DNA from: Macrostomum hystrix
Lineage: Eukaryota > Animalia > Platyhelminthes
Direction of reading: 5' to 3'
NCBI GenBank assembly: GCA_950097015.1
Contig: CATNEN010000002.1
Location: forward strand, 7,316,001 to 7,380,000
Length of the DNA stretch: 64,000 nucleotides
The position numbers were made by a program, and so were the translations under genes. Below are positions 25,001 through 34,738 of this stretch, in pieces; positions within the stretch are counted from its first letter, which is position 1; every line of letters begins with the position of its first letter. The notes under the pieces are model-generated. The model did not search any database, was not told the origin of the DNA, and saw nothing but the letters and a program-made list of their open reading frames with translations.

Positions 25001-28000
25001 CGAGACTGGCAAGCAGGGAGACAAGGGCAGCCTCGGCAGGGTCGGTAAGTCAATGGGAATCTTTACGGTGTATTTCTGCGAGGAAAGGTGTCTTTATGGC
25101 AGTCAGGGTGTCTTTATGGCAGTCAGGGTGTCTTTATGGCAGTCAGGGTGTCTTTATGGCAGTCAGGGTGTCTTTATGGCAGTCAGGGTGTCTTTATGGC
25201 AGTCAGGGTGTCTTTATGGCAGTCAGGGTGTCTTGATGACATTATGACAGTCGGGTGTCTCTATGTTAAACATGGTGTCTTTCTGACAGCCAGGGTGTCT
25301 TTCATATCGGATGGGGTGTCTTAATGACAGTCAGGGTGTCTATCCACCGCAGGTGACACGGGTCCGAAGGGCTACAAAGGCGACACTGGAGACACTGGGG
25401 CGAACGGCACAACCGGCGACTCGGGTCCAACGGGTGCGCAGGGCGACAAAGGCGACAAAGGCGTCGCCGGCCGCGACGGAGTCGACGGCGCCGTCGGAGA
25501 GAAGGGAGTCAAGGGCGAGTCCGGCACGAAGGGAGACCGCGGCGACATTGGAGCCATGGGGGAGAAAGGCATCAAGGGAATGCCTGGTTAGTTTTTGTGT
25601 CAGAAGTATTGCAGATACGCAGTTCAGTTGATTCCCAATCAATTCTAAAAACGAATTTTCGCCACTTCAGGCGCTCTCGGCGCGAAGGGTAACAACGGCA
25701 CCACTGGACCCGTCGGGCAGAAAGGCGAGAAGGGCATGGACGGTGTTCTTGGAGTGAAGGGCGAGAAAGGCGACAATGGAACTGTTGGCAACATCGGAGA
25801 GAAGGGTGAGACAGGGAGTATTTTATCGGGGTAGAAAGTCAGTCGGGTAGAAAGTCAGTGGATAGAAAGTCAGTGGGTAGAAAGTGAGTAAGGGTAGAAA
25901 GTCAGTGGTAGTAGAGAGTCAGTAGGGGATAGAAATTCAGCAGGGGTAAAAAGCCACTAGGGGTAGAAAGCCAGTAGGCGTAGAAAGCCAGTAGGCGTAG
26001 AAAGTCAGTAGGGGTAGAAAGCCAGTAGGCGTAGAAAGCCAGTAGGCGTAGAAAGTCAGTAGGGGTAGAAAGCCAGTAGGCGTAGAAAGTCAGTAGGGGT
26101 AGAAAGCCAGTAGGGGTAGAAAGTCAGTAGGGGAAGAAAGTCAGTAGGGGTAGAAAGTCAGTAGGGGAAGAAAGTCAGTAGGGGTAGAAAGCCAGTAGGG
26201 GTAGAAAGTCAGTAGGGGAAGAAAGCCAGTAGGGGTTGAAAATCAGTAGGGGTAGAAAGTCAGTAGGGGTAGAAAGTCAGTAGAGGAAGAAAGTCAGTAG
26301 GGGTAGAAAGTCAGTAGGGGTAGAAAGTCAGTAGGGGTAGATAGCCAGTAGGGGTAGAAAGTCAGTAGGGGTAGAAAGTCAGTAGGGGTAGAAAGTCAGT
26401 AGGGGTAGAAAGTCAGCAGGTTGAAATTGCCGCAATTCGCAGGTTCCGGAGGCGAGATTGGCGAGAAGGGCCAGCCTGGTCGGAAGGGCATCGCTTTGAA
26501 GGGCGACTCCGGCCAAGTCGGCGAGAAGGGCGAGCCGGGCGCGGTCGGCGAGAAAGGCATCGTCGGCCTGCCGGGCAAGCAGGGCCGTCTCGGCTCGAAG
26601 GGCCCCATAGGCCCCCGCGGCGACCCCGGAGTCAGAGGACCGAAGGGCGAGAAGGGGCCTCAGGGAGAGCAGGGAGAGAACGGTGGCCAAGGCCCTCAGG
26701 GCGAGAAGGTGAGCTGACCCTGTGTCATAAACCAATGACCCATTGTCATGAACCAATGACCCACTGTCCTGAACCAATGAGCCACTGTCCTGAACCAATG
26801 ACCCACTGTCATAAACCAATGACCCACTGTCCTGAACCAATGACCCACTGTCCTGAACCAATGAGCCACTGTCCTGAACCAATGCCCACTGTCATTAACC
26901 AATGACCACTGTCATAAACCAATGACCCACTGTCCTGAACCAATGAGCCACTGTCCTGAACCAATGCCCACTGTCATTAACCAATGACCACTGTCATAAA
27001 CCAATGACCACTGTCATAAACCAATGACCCATTGTCATAAACCAATGACCCACTGTCCTGAACCAATGAGCCACTGTCCTGAACCAATGACCACTGTCAT
27101 AAACCAATGACCACTGTCATAAACCAATGACCACTGTCCTGAACCAATGAGCCACTGTCCTGAACCAATGCCCACTGTCATTAACCAATGACCACTGTCA
27201 TAAACCAATGACCACTGTCATAAACCAATGACCACTGTCCTGAACCAATGACCCACTGTCCTGAACTAATGCCCACTGTCATGAACCAATGACCCATTGT
27301 CCTGAACCAATGACCCACTGTCCTGAACCAATGAGCCACTGTCATGAACCAATGACCCACTGTCATGAACCAATGACCCACTGTCATGAACCAATGACCC
27401 ACTGTCCTGAACCAATGAGCCACTGTCCTGAACCAATGACCACTGTCATAAACCAATGACCACTGTCATAAACCAATGACCACTGTCCTGAACCAATGAC
27501 CCACTGTCCTGAACCAATGCCCACTGTCATTAACCAATGACCACTGTCATAAACCAATGACCACTGTCCTGAACCAATGACCCACTGTCCTGAACCAATG
27601 CCCACTGTCATTAACCAATGACCACTGTCATAAACCAATGACCCACTGTCCTGAACCAATGCCCACTGTCATAAACCAATGACCACTGTCATAAACCAAT
27701 GACCAATTGGTCCTGAACCAATGACCCACTGTCCTGAACCTATGACCTACTGTCCTGACCCAATCAGTGACCCAGTATCTTGATCCAATGACTCACTATC
27801 TTGACCCAATGACCCACTGTCCTGAACCTATCACCCACTATCTTGACCCAATGACCCACTATCTCGGCGACCCACTATCCTGACCTTATCACCTGCTATC
27901 TTGATCAAAGCATGGCACTATATGAACCCAATATTTCACTAATTATTTAACGACCCAATATTTATAAAAATAGCAGCAGTTTTATTCCGAACATTCCCAT

Positions 28001-30161
28001 AGACAGTGAGTTCCATAAATTTTCTTCTCTGAATGAATTCGCCGCTCCTTCCAGGGCAAGAAGGGCGAAACAGGTGACCAAGGTTACCAAGGACCCACCG
28101 GGCCGCTCAGCCCTGGCGGCACCATTTTCTCCTTCCACTCCATGAACACCACCCCGCCGGCCTGCCCGCCCGGCACGCGCGTGGTGCGTCAGGGCTACAG
28201 CTTCGTGGGGGCGGCTTCCGGCGGGCGCACCTGGGCGCAGGACATGGGTGAGTGAATTGTTGTGATTTGCGCTATTCCACAGCTCTTAAGAAGTTTCGCA
28301 CATCCTTTGACATAAGATATGGAAACAAGGAAAATATTGTAATTAGAAATACAAGGTGTGGAACGTAAAGATCAGGATTGGGATTATGATCGGGATCAGG
28401 ATTGGGATCAGGATTGGGATTATGATCGGGATCAGGATTGGGATCAGGATTGGAATTATGATCGGGATCAGGATTAGGATCAGAATTAGGATTATGATCG
28501 GGATCAGGATTGGGATCAGAATTAGGATTAGGATTGGGATTATGATTGGGATCTGAATTAGGATTAGGATCGGGATTGGGATTGGGATCAGAATTAGGAT
28601 TAGGATCGGGATTAGGATTGGGATCTGAATTAGGATTAGGATCGGGATCAGAATGAGATTAGGATCGGGATTAGGATCGGGATCAGAATTGTGATTATGA
28701 TTGGGATCAGAATAAGGATTAGGATCGGGATCAGAATGAGATTAGGATCGGGATCAGAATAAGGATTAGGATCGGGATCAGAATAAGGATTAGGATCGGG
28801 ATCGAATTAGGATTATAAGCACATAAGCACTCCGCCAACCCCTGTCGCAGGGTCCATGGGCTCATGCAAGGACAAATTCACCAGCATGCCGTTCATCCAG
28901 TGCGACGCCGAGCGCAGCTGTCACTATTCCAGCCGCAGCGAGCGCTCCTATTGGCTGGCAACCCGGGGTAAAACCCTGGCCAATCCGCTGCCGGTGGACG
29001 ATCCGCGGATCCGAGAGCAGGTGTCCCGCTGCTCCGTCTGCGACTGCCATTCGGCAGTGATCGCTGTGCACTCGCAGTCAGCCCTGCAGCCCGAATGCCC
29101 GCCAACCTGGGAGGAGATGTGGATTGGCTACAGCTTCCTCATGGTATGATTGGGAGATGTGGATTGGCTACAGCTTCCTCATGGTATGATTGGGAGATGT
29201 GGATTGGCTACAGCTTCCTCATGGTATGATTGGGAGATGTGGATTGGCTACAGATTCCTCATGGTATGATTGGGGGCTGTGGATTGGCTACAGCTTCCTC
29301 ATGGTATGATTGGGAGATGTGGATTGGCTACAGCTTCCTCATGGTATGATTGGGAGATGTGGATGTGGCTACAGCTTCCTCATGGTATGATTGGGAGATG
29401 TGGATTGGCTACAGATTCCTCATGGTATGATTGGGAGATGTGGATTGGCTACAGCTTCCTCATGGTATGATTGGGGGCTGTGATTTAAGTAGAGGATTTG
29501 GGATCTAAGATGAGCATTTGTGATCTACGCAGAGGATTTGGGATCTAAGTAGAGGATTTAGAATCTAAGCAGAGGATTTGGGATCTAAGTAGAGGATTTG
29601 GGATCTAAGTGGAGGATTTGGGATCTACGCAGAGGATTCGGGATCTAAGAATCTAATAATCTAAGGATCTAAGAAGAGGATTTGGGATCTAAGTGGAGGA
29701 TTTGGGATCTACGCAGAGGATTTGGGATCTACGCAGAGGATTTGGGATCTAAGTAGAGGATTTGGGATCTAAGTAGAGGATTTTGGATCGAAGTAGAAGA
29801 TTCGGGATCTAAGAATCTAATGATCTAAGGATCTAAGAAGAGGATAAGAATCGCATGAGCTCATCAACAGGATCCCTGATCCCCAAAAAATCGCCAGTTC
29901 ACAACGGGCGGCACGGGAAGCGGCCAGGACCTGGTGTCTCCGGGCAGCTGCCTTCCATACTTCAGCTTTAACCCGATGCTGGAGTGCAACAACCAGGGCG
30001 GTCGCTGCCACCACTGGCAGGACTCCATCACCTACTGGCTGTCCGTCATCCCGGAGGAAGCGATGTTCCAGAAGCCCCTGCCAACGTCGACGAGTTCTTA
30101 CTCGCTGGAGTCGAGTGTGTACAATCGGATCAGCCGCTGCAAAGTGTGCCGCAGGACTTAG
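13074..30161 (+). CDS. Type IV collagen alpha chain, 26 exons, 1746 aa (signal peptide, 7S, interrupted Gly-X-Y helix, NC1)
   Basis: Exons: 13074-13084, 13157-13214, 13300-13359, 14005-14139, 14847-14891, 14985-15047, 15134-15256, 15335-15433, 15568-15771, 17208-17261, 17387-17494, 18057-18524, 19242-19565, 19658-19739, 19818-19933, 20552-21008, 22833-23224, 23309-23560, 23861-24115, 24495-25044, 25353-25586, 25671-25805, 26443-26708, 28055-28247, 28851-29143, 29898-30161. All phases are compatible and the total is 5241 nt. The N-terminus is [44 protein letters not shown]. The two C4 repeats of NC1 carry all 12 canonical Cys (CPPGT...GYSF...QDMGSMGSC...WIGYSFLM...[10 protein letters not shown]...ISRCKVC). 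Alpha1 versus alpha2 type was not resolved. Confidence 0.93.
13375..13790. repeat. 21-bp minisatellite, collagen intron 3
   Basis: Unit GACCCAAGCTGAACCAATTGT, decaying toward the 3' side. Confidence 0.95.
14161..14361. repeat. Degenerate repeat of about 20 bp, collagen intron 4
   Basis: CACGATGCCATTTCCTCATT-like units. Confidence 0.85.
14438..14800 (+). mobile_element. SINE family A, full length, collagen intron 4
   Basis: Head GGGGGTCAGTGGCAGAGCGG, body matching 414-750, and tail CCTGCAATTATTATTAT. A possible short TSD GCTTGAT lies at 14430-14436 and 14807-14813. Confidence 0.9.
15447..15543. repeat. (TAAACTG)n, collagen intron 8
   Basis: 7-bp unit. Confidence 0.95.
15806..17150. repeat. 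14-bp minisatellite, collagen intron 9
   Basis: Units CTGTCCATCCCTAC / CTGTCCATCACTAC / CTGTCCATCCCTTC. This is the source of the spurious 410 and 421 aa ORFs. Confidence 0.95.
17806..18000. repeat. 21-bp minisatellite, collagen intron 11
   Basis: Unit CCCAACTTATCCCATCCAGAT. Confidence 0.9.
18618..19210. repeat. 34-bp minisatellite, collagen intron 12
   Basis: Unit GGGGCTGAGCCACTGTTGGGGTGTGATTTTGTAA, with a CACCATTG variant in the 5' block. Confidence 0.95.
19979..20525. repeat. Mixed 24/15-bp minisatellite, collagen intron 15
   Basis: ATCAGATCCCATCTCATCCTCATA and ATCAGATCCCATCTCA units, running into the acceptor tract. Confidence 0.95.
21350..21872 (+). mobile_element. Putative 3' fragment of a non-LTR retroelement or SINE with an (AGAT)n tail, collagen intron 16
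   Basis: GC-rich island in an AT-rich intron, ending CCGGGCCCCCCTGCAAATAGATAGATAGATAGA. The same terminus recurs at 22282-22306. The 5' boundary is uncertain. Confidence 0.4.
23610..23810 (+). mobile_element. SINE family A, partial, collagen intron 18
   Basis: GGCGAGGCCACATT...GCAGCCGCGGAGAGAAGGCTTGGGGG...GGGCAGAAT body; the head is missing. Confidence 0.85.
24212..24420 (+). mobile_element. SINE family B, diverged copy, collagen intron 19
   Basis: B box GGTTCGATTC, followed by ATTGAGGG...GTCCC...CAGTCCATGGACTG...TTCAGATGCG, shared with 3720-3820. Confidence 0.55.
25086..25340. repeat. 20-bp minisatellite, collagen intron 20
   Basis: Unit CAGTCAGGGTGTCTTTATGG. Confidence 0.9.
25826..26418. 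repeat. 17-bp minisatellite, collagen intron 22
   Basis: Unit GGGGTAGAAAGTCAGTA; decayed at the 5' end and homogeneous at the 3' end. Confidence 0.95.
26721..27900. repeat. 20/21-bp minisatellite, collagen intron 23
   Basis: Unit AACCAATGACCCACTGTCCTG / AACCAATGACCACTGTCATA. Confidence 0.95.
28370..28815. repeat. 6-bp-based repeat (GGGATC/AGGATT), collagen intron 24
   Basis: GATCAGGATTGG-like hexamer mosaics. Confidence 0.9.
29113..29483 (+). repeat. 40-bp tandem array made of the last 31 nt of collagen exon 25 plus its 5' splice site; 9 copies
   Basis: Unit GGAGATGTGGATTGGCTACAGCTTCCTCATG|GTATGATTG; copies start at 29113, 29153 and so on to 29433. Confidence 0.95.
29484..29846. repeat. 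20-bp minisatellite, collagen intron 25
   Basis: Unit GATTTGGGATCTAAGTAGAG. Confidence 0.9.
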
Positions 30162-30352
30162 TGGCGGCCTTCTAAAAATTGAGTCTTCCTGATCCTCACA
30201 GCTCGAGCTCGCGACCGCCTCCAGTCAAGTTTTCTTTGACTGAAAGCAAAGTATTTATGAATTTGTTTGCGCATATATATTCATTTATGTGAAAGCCCAT
30301 AGTTGCAATTGAATTATTGGGAAATTATTTGCACCAGACCTTAACTCCTTAA

Positions 30353-31445
30353 ATTCGTCGATTTTCTTGAATTTGTCGATTTTCTTGAATTCGTAGATTT
30401 TCTTGAATTCGTCGATTTTCTTGAATTCGTCGATTTTCTTGAATTCGTCGACTTTCTTAAATTCGTAGATTTTCTTGAATTCGTAGATTTTCTTGAATTC
30501 GTCGATTTTCTTGAATTCGTCGACTTTCTTAAATTCGTAGATTTTCTTGAATTCGTCGATTTTCTTGAATTCGTAGATTTTCTTGAATTCGTCGATTTTC
30601 TTGAATTCGTCGATTTTCTTGAATTCGTAGATTTTCTTGAATTCGTCGATTTTCTTGAATTCGTCGACTTTCTTAAATTCGTAGATTTTCTTGAATTCGT
30701 CGATTTTCTTGAATTCGTCGATTTTCTTGAATTCGTAGATTTTCTTGAATTCGTCGATTTTCTTGAATTCGTCGACTTTCTTAAATTCGTAGATTTTCTT
30801 GAATTCGTCGACTTTCTTAAATTCGTAGATTTTCTTGAATTCGTCGATTTTCTTGAATTCGTCGATTTTCTTGAATTCGTAGATTTTCTTGAATTCGTAG
30901 ATTTTCTTGAATTCGTCGACTTTCTTAAATTCGTAGATTTTCTTGAATTCGTCGATTTTCTTGAATTCGTAGATTTTCTTGAATTCGTCGATTTTCTTGA
31001 ATTCGTTGACTTTCTTAAATTCGTAGATTTTCTTGAATTCGTCGACTTTCTTAAATTCGTAGATTTTCTTGAATTCGTCGATTTTCTTGAATTCGTCGAT
31101 TTTCTTGAATTCGTCGATTTTCTTGAATTCGTAGATTTTCTTGAATTCGTCGATTTTCTTGAATTCGTCGACTTTCTTAAATTCGTAGATTTTCTTGAAT
31201 TCGTCGATTTTCTTGAATTCGTCGATTTTCTTGAATTCGTCGATTTTCTTGAATTCGTCGATTTCCTTAAATTCGTTGGTTTTCTTGAATTCGTCGATTT
31301 TCTTGAATTCGTCGATTTCCTTAAATTCGTTGATTTTCTTAAATTCGTCGATTTCCTTAAATTCGTCGACTTTCTTGAATTCGTCGATTTTCTTGAATTC
31401 GTCGATTTTCTTTAATTCGTCGATTTTCTTAAATTCGATTTTCTT
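30353..31445. repeat. 18-bp minisatellite of about 60 copies, downstream of the collagen stop
   Basis: Unit GATTTTCTTGAATTCGTC, with an EcoRI site in most units. Confidence 0.95.
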
Positions 31446-31953
31446 AAAAAAAATTTCTAAAGTAAGTAGAATTTCTAAATTTTCATTTTCCCGATTCGCC
31501 GAATCAGAAGAAGGTGCAACTGCTAGGCAAAGTTACTCAGCTTTGTTTAATTGCTGCAGTGATTGTTACTGATATACTTTAATAGGTCAGTAACAAGGAA
31601 ATATTACACAAGTACTGTACTTTACATAGCACTAAAAATATTTTTAACATTTTCATTTTTGTTCCGCAACTTAATTTCGTGCAACTCCAATCTGTGCAAC
31701 TTCTTCTGCTACTGTCTGCGTCTCTTCGCCCGCAGTTCCCTTCGGAAATGTCTTCCTGCTTCGTCCTCATAATTAGTTTTTTGTTATTCTTCTACGAGTA
31801 TATGCAGAAACTAAATACACAGCGCTTAGCTCTATATATTATCGATTCTAGTTTAAGTACCTTTGGCTGCTGTTAATCTTTTGGAACGACCTCTTTCTCT
31901 TTGCGCAAGTGTATTGTGTAAATTTCACGTATAAACAAAGGTTTTTTTATCTG

Positions 31954-32255
31954 GGAGGTGAGTGGCGGAGCGGTTAACGCGTTTGTCTCTCGCACCAAGA
32001 TACGCGTTTGAGCTCGATTGCGCGGCGAGGCCACATTTGGGGCGCAGCCGCGGAGAGAAGGCGTGCATGAGGGCTTGTCGTGCAACTTACGCCCTTGAGG
32101 GCCAACCTCCAAGGCGCAGTGCGAGTGTGTGAGCTTGTGCCTGCGTACTATATCTGTGTGTGTGACTGTGTGTGTGTGCGCGCGTCTGTGCTCAGGAGTC
32201 AGTTGAATGGGCAGAATTGCCACCTCGTCGCTGCTCAAATTGCCAGTGAATGACC
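31954..32255 (+). mobile_element. SINE family A, rearranged and 3'-truncated copy
   Basis: Head GAGTGGCGGAGCGGTTAACGCG and family A body. Confidence 0.85.
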
Positions 32256-32605
32256 TTTAACCTCATGCTCTTCTTCCATCCAAGTGGGAAGAGCGATTCC
32301 CTTGGTAACTAGGGATTGGCATTTCCGTGTACTTTTATTCAGAAAGGCCCGCTTTGCATCAAACTCAACAATTCAGCAAATACATGCTGCTACATATGCA
32401 TGTGCAGAGCACGGCACTGGCTGCAGTGCGAATCCGGATCACAAGATTGGGCTACAAATACAGTTGCCACGCTCTGTCACTCTGATCCTCATTTCTTAGA
32501 AACCTCTACGGTTCAAAAGCATTGTAAGACGAAGGCGGTTCAAAATTTAAAAAAACGGGAACAGACAGATACGAGTAGAAACTCGTAGGGACATTGTGAG
32601 ACCAT

Positions 32606-34489
32606 CTATTTGCTCACAACTTCAATATTGAAATTCTCACAGCCCCTATTGATGGAAAATTCAATCTGCGGTATGGATTGGCCTTCACTCGTATTATCTT
32701 GGAGTCGCTTTTGCACCAGCTCCGCCAGCTGACTGATGTCGTACGTGCATTTGCTGACTTTCATGCCTTTCAGGACTTCTAAAAGCGCATTTAGCATCCG
32801 GCCGCCGTTCCTCTTCGTCCGTGTGCATGTATAGCCCGCCATGGAGGCATAGATGGCAGCTATGTTTGGCGTGTCCTGTGGAATGCAGCAGTTTCTGTAG
32901 GCTGGATTCTCGAAGCCGAGAGAGCATGCAAACCATTCTGGATGCTTGAGTTCACCTCGACACGCTTGATACAGCAGCAGGACTTTCATGTTTGGGTTAA
33001 ATTCGACAAGTAGCTTCACAATCTCCGGTATCGGCAAATCCTTCCCATCCGATGTGCGAATTCCATACTGCGAGCCGTGAGCTGCGATGGCCAGAAGCAT
33101 GCGCACATTGTCGTTCTTGTACTTCTTCGCGATGCATTCGATGCCTTTTGTGATATAACTGTACGACACTTTTCCATCTCGGGAGAACATTTCCAATTCG
33201 CAGCCGAGATTTTGTTTAATTTCTTCTAAGTTACTAATATCTTTCTTATAGCCATTTCGGATTTCTCCTCCACGATAATGGCCAATCACAATCGCCACAA
33301 GGACTTGAGTCGGGTCCCGCTGGCTCTCATCGATACTTCTCGGTAGTCTGCTCGTTAGTAACTCAAGTTCTTTCAGGTTTTCGTCTTGACTGGGAATAGC
33401 AGCCTGCTTAGGGCTCGGTATTCCAATGTGCTGAACTAATTGCCCACATCGGTTGTCAATGAACATGGCCAATTTGCCAGCCCAGTCAATTCCAGTTGCT
33501 CCATCTTCGATAGCTTTTTCCAAGTCACTGAAGGCATCGCGCAGTTTTTTCCAATCGATGTTGGAGCCAGACTTGAACCTGTAGAAGTCTGTGCCGCACG
33601 GAAAGGGACGATTCGGCTTACATTTATCGGTGATATCTGCTCGATTGCGTGTGCTCTGTACACCCATCGGGTAGGGAAAACAAAACACCCTTGTTCGCTG
33701 ACCATCTTGCTCGCTGTGAAGCGGCTTCAAAAGTTTCTCTTCGTACACAGAATCAACATTCGCTGGCATTCCAGTTGAAGTTGTTGGAATCGCGAAAATA
33801 ACCCAAACTTCAGGGGCTCGCGATGACTTCGCAACTTCAGTCTTGAATTGGCTCACGGATTCGATAAATTCTTTCCCAGAAGTCACGTGTCGACAGGTGA
33901 TGTTGAAGTTGTGGCTGCTAAACGGAATACTTTGATTGTCCCCCGAACTGATCAGCAGAACGGGAACTCTTTGATCCTTCTCTGGAATGTGAGGGCAGGA
34001 GCTGGTTAAGTCACTATTCTGAATTAGTTGTTGCAAATGATTTAACTTTTTCCTCATGGATTCTGGAAGCTCCTTGCTAGTCTCACCGCGAGTAACCTCT
34101 GCTGCGCTGAGGAAGCTGGAGAAATTGCATCTTCAGTAGCTCGCATTTCTATCCTTTTTTTTCATTCCAATTCAAACTCATTAGGTAAGTCTACATGCAA
34201 TGCACCTGATCAGTGAACCACCACCTTGAAGGGACACGAACCTGATTCTGGTGGTGTAACAGACGACGGAGATGTTCTTCCATCCAGCTCATATACAGGT
34301 GACTGACCTCTGTGGGATCCGAAAATTGGAATGTCGAAATGCTGAATAAAGTTTAAATTAAGACATTTCAAAATGTATCTTGTTTGAAATACAGACTAAA
34401 GGTACTCACTGAATTAACTCATCATTCACAGTTTCGAGTGCCGGCAACGACTTCCCGCCCGTCCTGTTGACGCCATCTTCACGATCCAT
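32606..34489 (-). CDS. Caspase (peptidase C14) with an N-terminal caspase-like pseudo-domain; proposed exons 34489-34410, 34309-34242, 34101-32606 (547 aa)
   Basis: The C-terminal domain has AIAAHG (His codon 33079-33077), LYQACRG (Cys codon 32962-32960), the L1 Arg in IRNGYKKD and the L3 Arg in GYTCTR. Upstream exons join in frame (ca|gtgagt phase 2; g|gttcgt phase 1). The start may lie further upstream; an acceptor exists at 34505. Confidence 0.85.
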
Positions 34490-34526
34490 AGCCCCCGTCT
34501 CTCCACTGGCTCCGAAAAGCGAAGAG

Positions 34527-34738
34527 TTGAGAGGTAGGAGTTGAGAGGTAGGAGTTGAGAGGTAGGAGTTGAGAGCTAGGTAGGAGTTGAGAGGTAGGAG
34601 TTGAGAGGTAGGAGTTGAGAGGTAGGAGTTGAGAGCTAGGAGTTGAGAGCTAGGAGTTGAGAGGTAGGAGTTGAGAGGTAGGAGTTAAGAGGTAGGGGTT
34701 GAGAGGTAGGAGTTGAGAGGTAGGAGCTGTAAGAGGTA
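34527..34738. repeat. 14-bp minisatellite
   Basis: Unit GTTGAGAGGTAGGA, abutting the caspase exon A acceptor region. Confidence 0.95.

Noticed and set aside
14969-26882. Minus-strand Pro/Ser/Leu-rich ORFs over collagen exons
   Set aside because: They are antisense shadows of Gly-X-Y codons.
1-34489. BIR-like gene, 14-3-3 and caspase as an apoptosis gene cluster
   Set aside because: They are separated by 28-32 kb and an unrelated collagen gene, and nothing in the sequence indicates co-regulation. Proximity alone is not evidence.
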